Below are positions 59,850 through 64,000 of a stretch of DNA of 64,000 bases, piece by piece. A program made the translations under genes and the position numbers. This stretch comes from Cyanophyceae cyanobacterium. GTDB lineage: Bacteria; Cyanobacteriota; Cyanobacteriia; Cyanobacteriales; Laspinemataceae. The first letter of the stretch is position 1, and every line of letters begins with the position of its first letter. Where the stretch lies: positions 64,001-128,000 of the forward strand of contig JBBQFN010000004.1 in the NCBI GenBank assembly GCA_038321985.1. The letters run 5' to 3'. The notes under the pieces were generated by a model, which saw nothing but the letters and a program-made list of their open reading frames with translations, had not been told where the DNA came from and made no database searches.

Positions 59850-61142
59850 ATGAACCCCCAAACTAGACCGATTGCTGTAGATCTATTTGCCGGTGCAGGG
59901 GGGATGACCCTCGGGTTTGAACAGGCGGGCTTTGATGTACTGGCGGCAGTGGAAATTGACCCGATCCACTGCGCTACCCATAAATATAATTTTCCGCAAT
60001 GGAAGGTGTTGTGTACAAGTCTGGTAGAGGCAACTGGGGAAGAGATTAGAAACCAGTCTAAAATCGGCAGCCGCGAGATTGATGTAGTCTGTGGAGGTCC
60101 CCCATGTCAAGGGTTTTCCCTGATGGGTAAACGCGCTTTAGATGACCCGCGCAATTCCCTGGTTTTTCACTTCATCCGCATCGTTACCGAACTCCAACCC
60201 AAGTATTTTGTAATGGAAAATGTTCGGGGATTAACGATCGGTCCACATAAGCAGCTTTTAGAAGAAGTTATTGATAAATTTCACCACTGCGGTTATCAAG
60301 TTCTTACCCCTTATCAAGTGCTTAACTCAGCTTATTATGGCGTTCCCCAAAATCGAGAACGGCTATTTTTAATCGGATGTCGTCAGGAATTCTCTTTACC
60401 TGACTATCCCCACCCGACAACCAACCCTCCCGGATGCAAATTACCACTATCTAATCTTCCTTCAACTCCAACAGTTCGGGAAGCAATTCAAGATTTGCCT
60501 GTGGTGGAAAAGTATCCCGAATTATGCGATCGCGACTGGATTTCTTACGCATACCAACCCACAAGTGATTACGGAACTCAAATGCAGGGAGTCTCCGCAC
60601 CTCCTCACAATTATGCTTATCCCCGTCACTGGGATAGCCGTATTCTCACCGGCAACCATCGCACCCACCACTCCGAGTTATCGATCGCCCGCTTTGCTGC
60701 CGCCCTTCCCGGCAAATCCGAACCCATCAGCCGCTTTCACAAGCTGGATCCTAATGGTTTGTGTAATACTTTAAGAGCAGGAACCCCCAGTAATCGCGGT
60801 GCCTACACTTCCCCTCGTCCCATTCATCCCTTCCAACCCCGTTGTATTACAGTTCGGGAGGCGGCGAGACTGCACTCTTACCCGGATTGGTTTCGCTTCC
60901 ATATCACAAAATGGCACGGGTTCCGCCAAATTGGGAATTCTGTTCCCCCACTTTTAGCCGAAGCCGTTGCCGCAGAGATTATCCGTAGTTTAGGGAGTGT
61001 TGCGATCGCCCCCTCTCAGCCAATATCCCTGGAAAATCCCGAGTTACTAGAACTCACCATGTCTGCTGCCGCAGCAAAGTATCAGGTTGATCCACACACC
61101 ATCGAACCGCGATCGCGCCGAACCCCACAAAGTAGTCAATAG
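59850..61142 (+). CDS. DNA cytosine-5 methyltransferase, probably CGATCG-specific (M.Ssp6803I/DmtC-like)
   Basis: DLFAGAGG, GGPPCQGFS, ENV, QNRERLF and QIGNSV. The variable region CNTLRAGT...PRPIH...WHGFR is recalled from Slr0214-type enzymes. Confidence 0.85.
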   Translation: MNPQTRPIAVDLFAGAGGMTLGFEQAGFDVLAAVEIDPIHCATHKYNFPQWKVLCTSLVEATGEEIRNQSKIGSREIDVVCGGPPCQGFSLMGKRALDDPRNSLVFHFIRIVTELQPKYFVMENVRGLTIGPHKQLLEEVIDKFHHCGYQVLTPYQVLNSAYYGVPQNRERLFLIGCRQEFSLPDYPHPTTNPPGCKLPLSNLPSTPTVREAIQDLPVVEKYPELCDRDWISYAYQPTSDYGTQMQGVSAPPHNYAYPRHWDSRILTGNHRTHHSELSIARFAAALPGKSEPISRFHKLDPNGLCNTLRAGTPSNRGAYTSPRPIHPFQPRCITVREAARLHSYPDWFRFHITKWHGFRQIGNSVPPLLAEAVAAEIIRSLGSVAIAPSQPISLENPELLELTMSAAAAKYQVDPHTIEPRSRRTPQSSQ

Positions 61143-61387
61143 ATACCTTAATAGCTTCACTCTCGAAACCCACTCCCTTCGTTTACCCTGAAAAGCTACT
61201 CCGAGAATGTAATGATTTCAAGTCCAGTTAATCAGTCCTAAAAAAGCATCTTCTGAACAAAGCATAGATTCCCAAGGCAAGCGGGATATCACCAAACTTG
61301 GAAATTATAGAGTCCTTCTGGACTGCTTTCTATACAAATCCCTACAGTGTGTTTCTCTGAAAATACGGAGGCGATCCATCTGATATA

Positions 61388-61494
61388 TATAACGTTTCTT
61401 AAGCTATTGAGGTTCGGTTTTGGGGTCAAAGTCCCCCTTTTGAAGGGGGATTTAGGGGGATCGTCCGGATTTCACGAGACCAAAAACCGCTATA
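61388..61494 (-). mobile_element. 107-bp MITE-like element, copy 2
   Basis: Reverse complement of 50999-51105 with a few substitutions; sits in a TA run. Confidence 0.85.
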
Positions 61495-61646
61495 TAACCG
61501 TCCCCGATCGAGAAGTTCCTACATTTAGGGCTATATTCCTTTTGATTAGGGGAAACCGCGCAGAAAACAGAATCCTGCCCTCGCTTGTTCGAGGGCATCA
61601 GTTTATTGAGGGTTACTCTACACCCTGACGCCACCCTATGATAGGA

Positions 61647-62009
61647 TCAGCGCAGAAGTTGTTTGATGGTCTGAATCAGTTCCGCTGGACGAAATGGTTT
61701 CGTGATGTAGGCATCCGCTCCTTGTTTCATACCCCAATACCGATCAAATTCTTGACTTTTGCTGGTACACATGATCACGGGAATATTCTGGGCTTTCGGA
61801 TCATTTTTTAACCATCGACAAAGTTCGTAGCCGTTCATTCTGGGCATGACAATATCGGTGACGACTAAATCCGGAGCCTTGGCTTGAATTTGTTCTTTGG
61901 CTTCTACTCCATCGGATGCTTCAATCACTTCTAAACCGCTTTTTTTCAAAATGTCCGATACCATTTCTCGGACCGTGCCGCTATCATCCACAATTAGAAT
62001 TATACTCAT
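61647..62009 (-). CDS. Single-domain CheY-like response regulator (PilH-like)
   Basis: IVDDS, TDIVMP and DRYWGMKQGADAYITKPF. Confidence 0.92.
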   Translation of the reverse strand: MSIILIVDDSGTVREMVSDILKKSGLEVIEASDGVEAKEQIQAKAPDLVVTDIVMPRMNGYELCRWLKNDPKAQNIPVIMCTSKSQEFDRYWGMKQGADAYITKPFRPAELIQTIKQLLR

Positions 62010-63168
62010 CGCTCCCTCCGTAATTTTTGGTTCTAAAGGTTTGGCGTATAATTCATCTTTCTTTTAATGCCAAAATTCCTTTGGCAAGGTGAGTGAATTA
62101 TTAAGAGTAAACCCATAAAACTTAACAAGTTGATAATAATGGTTATTCTCTAGGGTCATAGATGGTCTGTCCTTAGATTGTCCTGATCGCTACTCCTTAT
62201 TTATATGATGACTGTGATCTGTATTTATATGGCTGTGATCGGTTCAAACCCGCTCGGTCTAGTTACGGGATGCACCACTTCGTGACCTCTTGATCTGAAA
62301 TGGAACTCCCCCGGGGAAGGGTATCCCTTTGCCCAAGGTTACTGGTATTGGATCAGCCTTGGTTCGGCCAGGGTGCGGTTTGACAACTGGACTAGAGGGT
62401 GAGCGAGACCGTTACCGTAGGAATCGATCGCCTAGAACGGGTATGAGCAACCCTCCGTCTTTTTGCGATCGCTTCCTTAGATCAGGGTTCGTTAAAACCC
62501 AAAGGATCTCTATCATCGCACGGGCCAACCTCTGTGCGATCGCCAAATTCTGTTGAACAGACAGTCAAGACTAATGTCCCCCGGGGCTCATTGAATTGGG
62601 CCGGAAAATTTCTAAACCGCTTCAACCTGACTTGACTAGACCAATCTGCCGGATCAAGCGGGTCACACGGGTGGCCGATCCAAGCAGACTACCCAATCAA
62701 CCGCAGATTATATCATTGAATTTAGGGCCATCGACTAGAGGGCCGGGGGGATTTTCCTTGATCACAAGGGATTTAAAAGGGGACAGATCACCCTAATTCA
62801 AGGTTCTCCCCCTGTGACTAATGTAAAGTTGGGATGAGTTGAGTTGCAGGGGCTGGAAGGGTGAACCCCTAGGGCCGGGGGAATTTTACATCGCAATTTA
62901 GCAAACTACGATTGTCAAACTGTGATTTGACTCAGAAAAAGCCGAGGTTGCCCTCTGGGGAAAAGTGTAGATACTCAATTGTTAAGAAGTTATCCGTGTT
63001 GCCCGAGGAGATCACAGAATGAGATCGGCGATCGCCAACGGGTCTGTACAATGTTATTTTGCAAAAAGGACGTTAAAAAGGAAAATGTAACAGTTTGCAA
63101 AGGTATAATGAGAGGCATCTCAAAAAACTTAACACTATCTTAAAGAATCTCAACAAGGGGATGATTAA

Positions 63169-64000
<832 letters not shown>

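Overview
This is a 64 kb chromosomal window from a filamentous cyanobacterium. The evidence is abundant HIP1 octamers (GCGATCGC), phycobilisome genes and short tandem repeats; an Oscillatoriales affiliation is my inference. The housekeeping backbone is ccs1(partial)-ccdA-ftsW-apcCBA / apcE, a SAM methyltransferase, the atp1-to-gamma ATP synthase operon, an iron cluster (futABC, SLH/OprB porin, thioredoxin-like [2Fe-2S] ferredoxin, Asr1405-like protein, dps, a FurA paralog), carB, a group 2 sigma factor, two histidine kinases, dnaK-dnaJ, a CheY-like regulator and pds (partial). Accessory DNA is wedged in at several gene boundaries. (1) A toxin-antitoxin patch separates apcE from apcA. It holds a stand-alone Ntox50-like RNase candidate with an acidic partner, a Uma2 gene with a 24-nt element inserted in a HIP1 site, DUF433, an MNT antitoxin with a HEPN toxin carrying two nonsense codons, and a GH38 remnant. 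(2) A defence-like island contains Uma2, a wHTH-NACHT-HEAT STAND protein with a divergent small gene, another Uma2, and a translationally coupled ABC-ATPase plus PD-(D/E)XK nuclease pair. (3) A wHTH / VanW / MmeI-like RM gene / CGATCG-type C5 methylase block follows dnaK. The atp operon and island 2 appear inverted relative to the usual cyanobacterial order, with inverted copies of one REP-like repeat at both putative breakpoints. I saw no tRNA, rRNA, CRISPR array or intact transposase. All family assignments come from motif recognition by eye, not from database searches.
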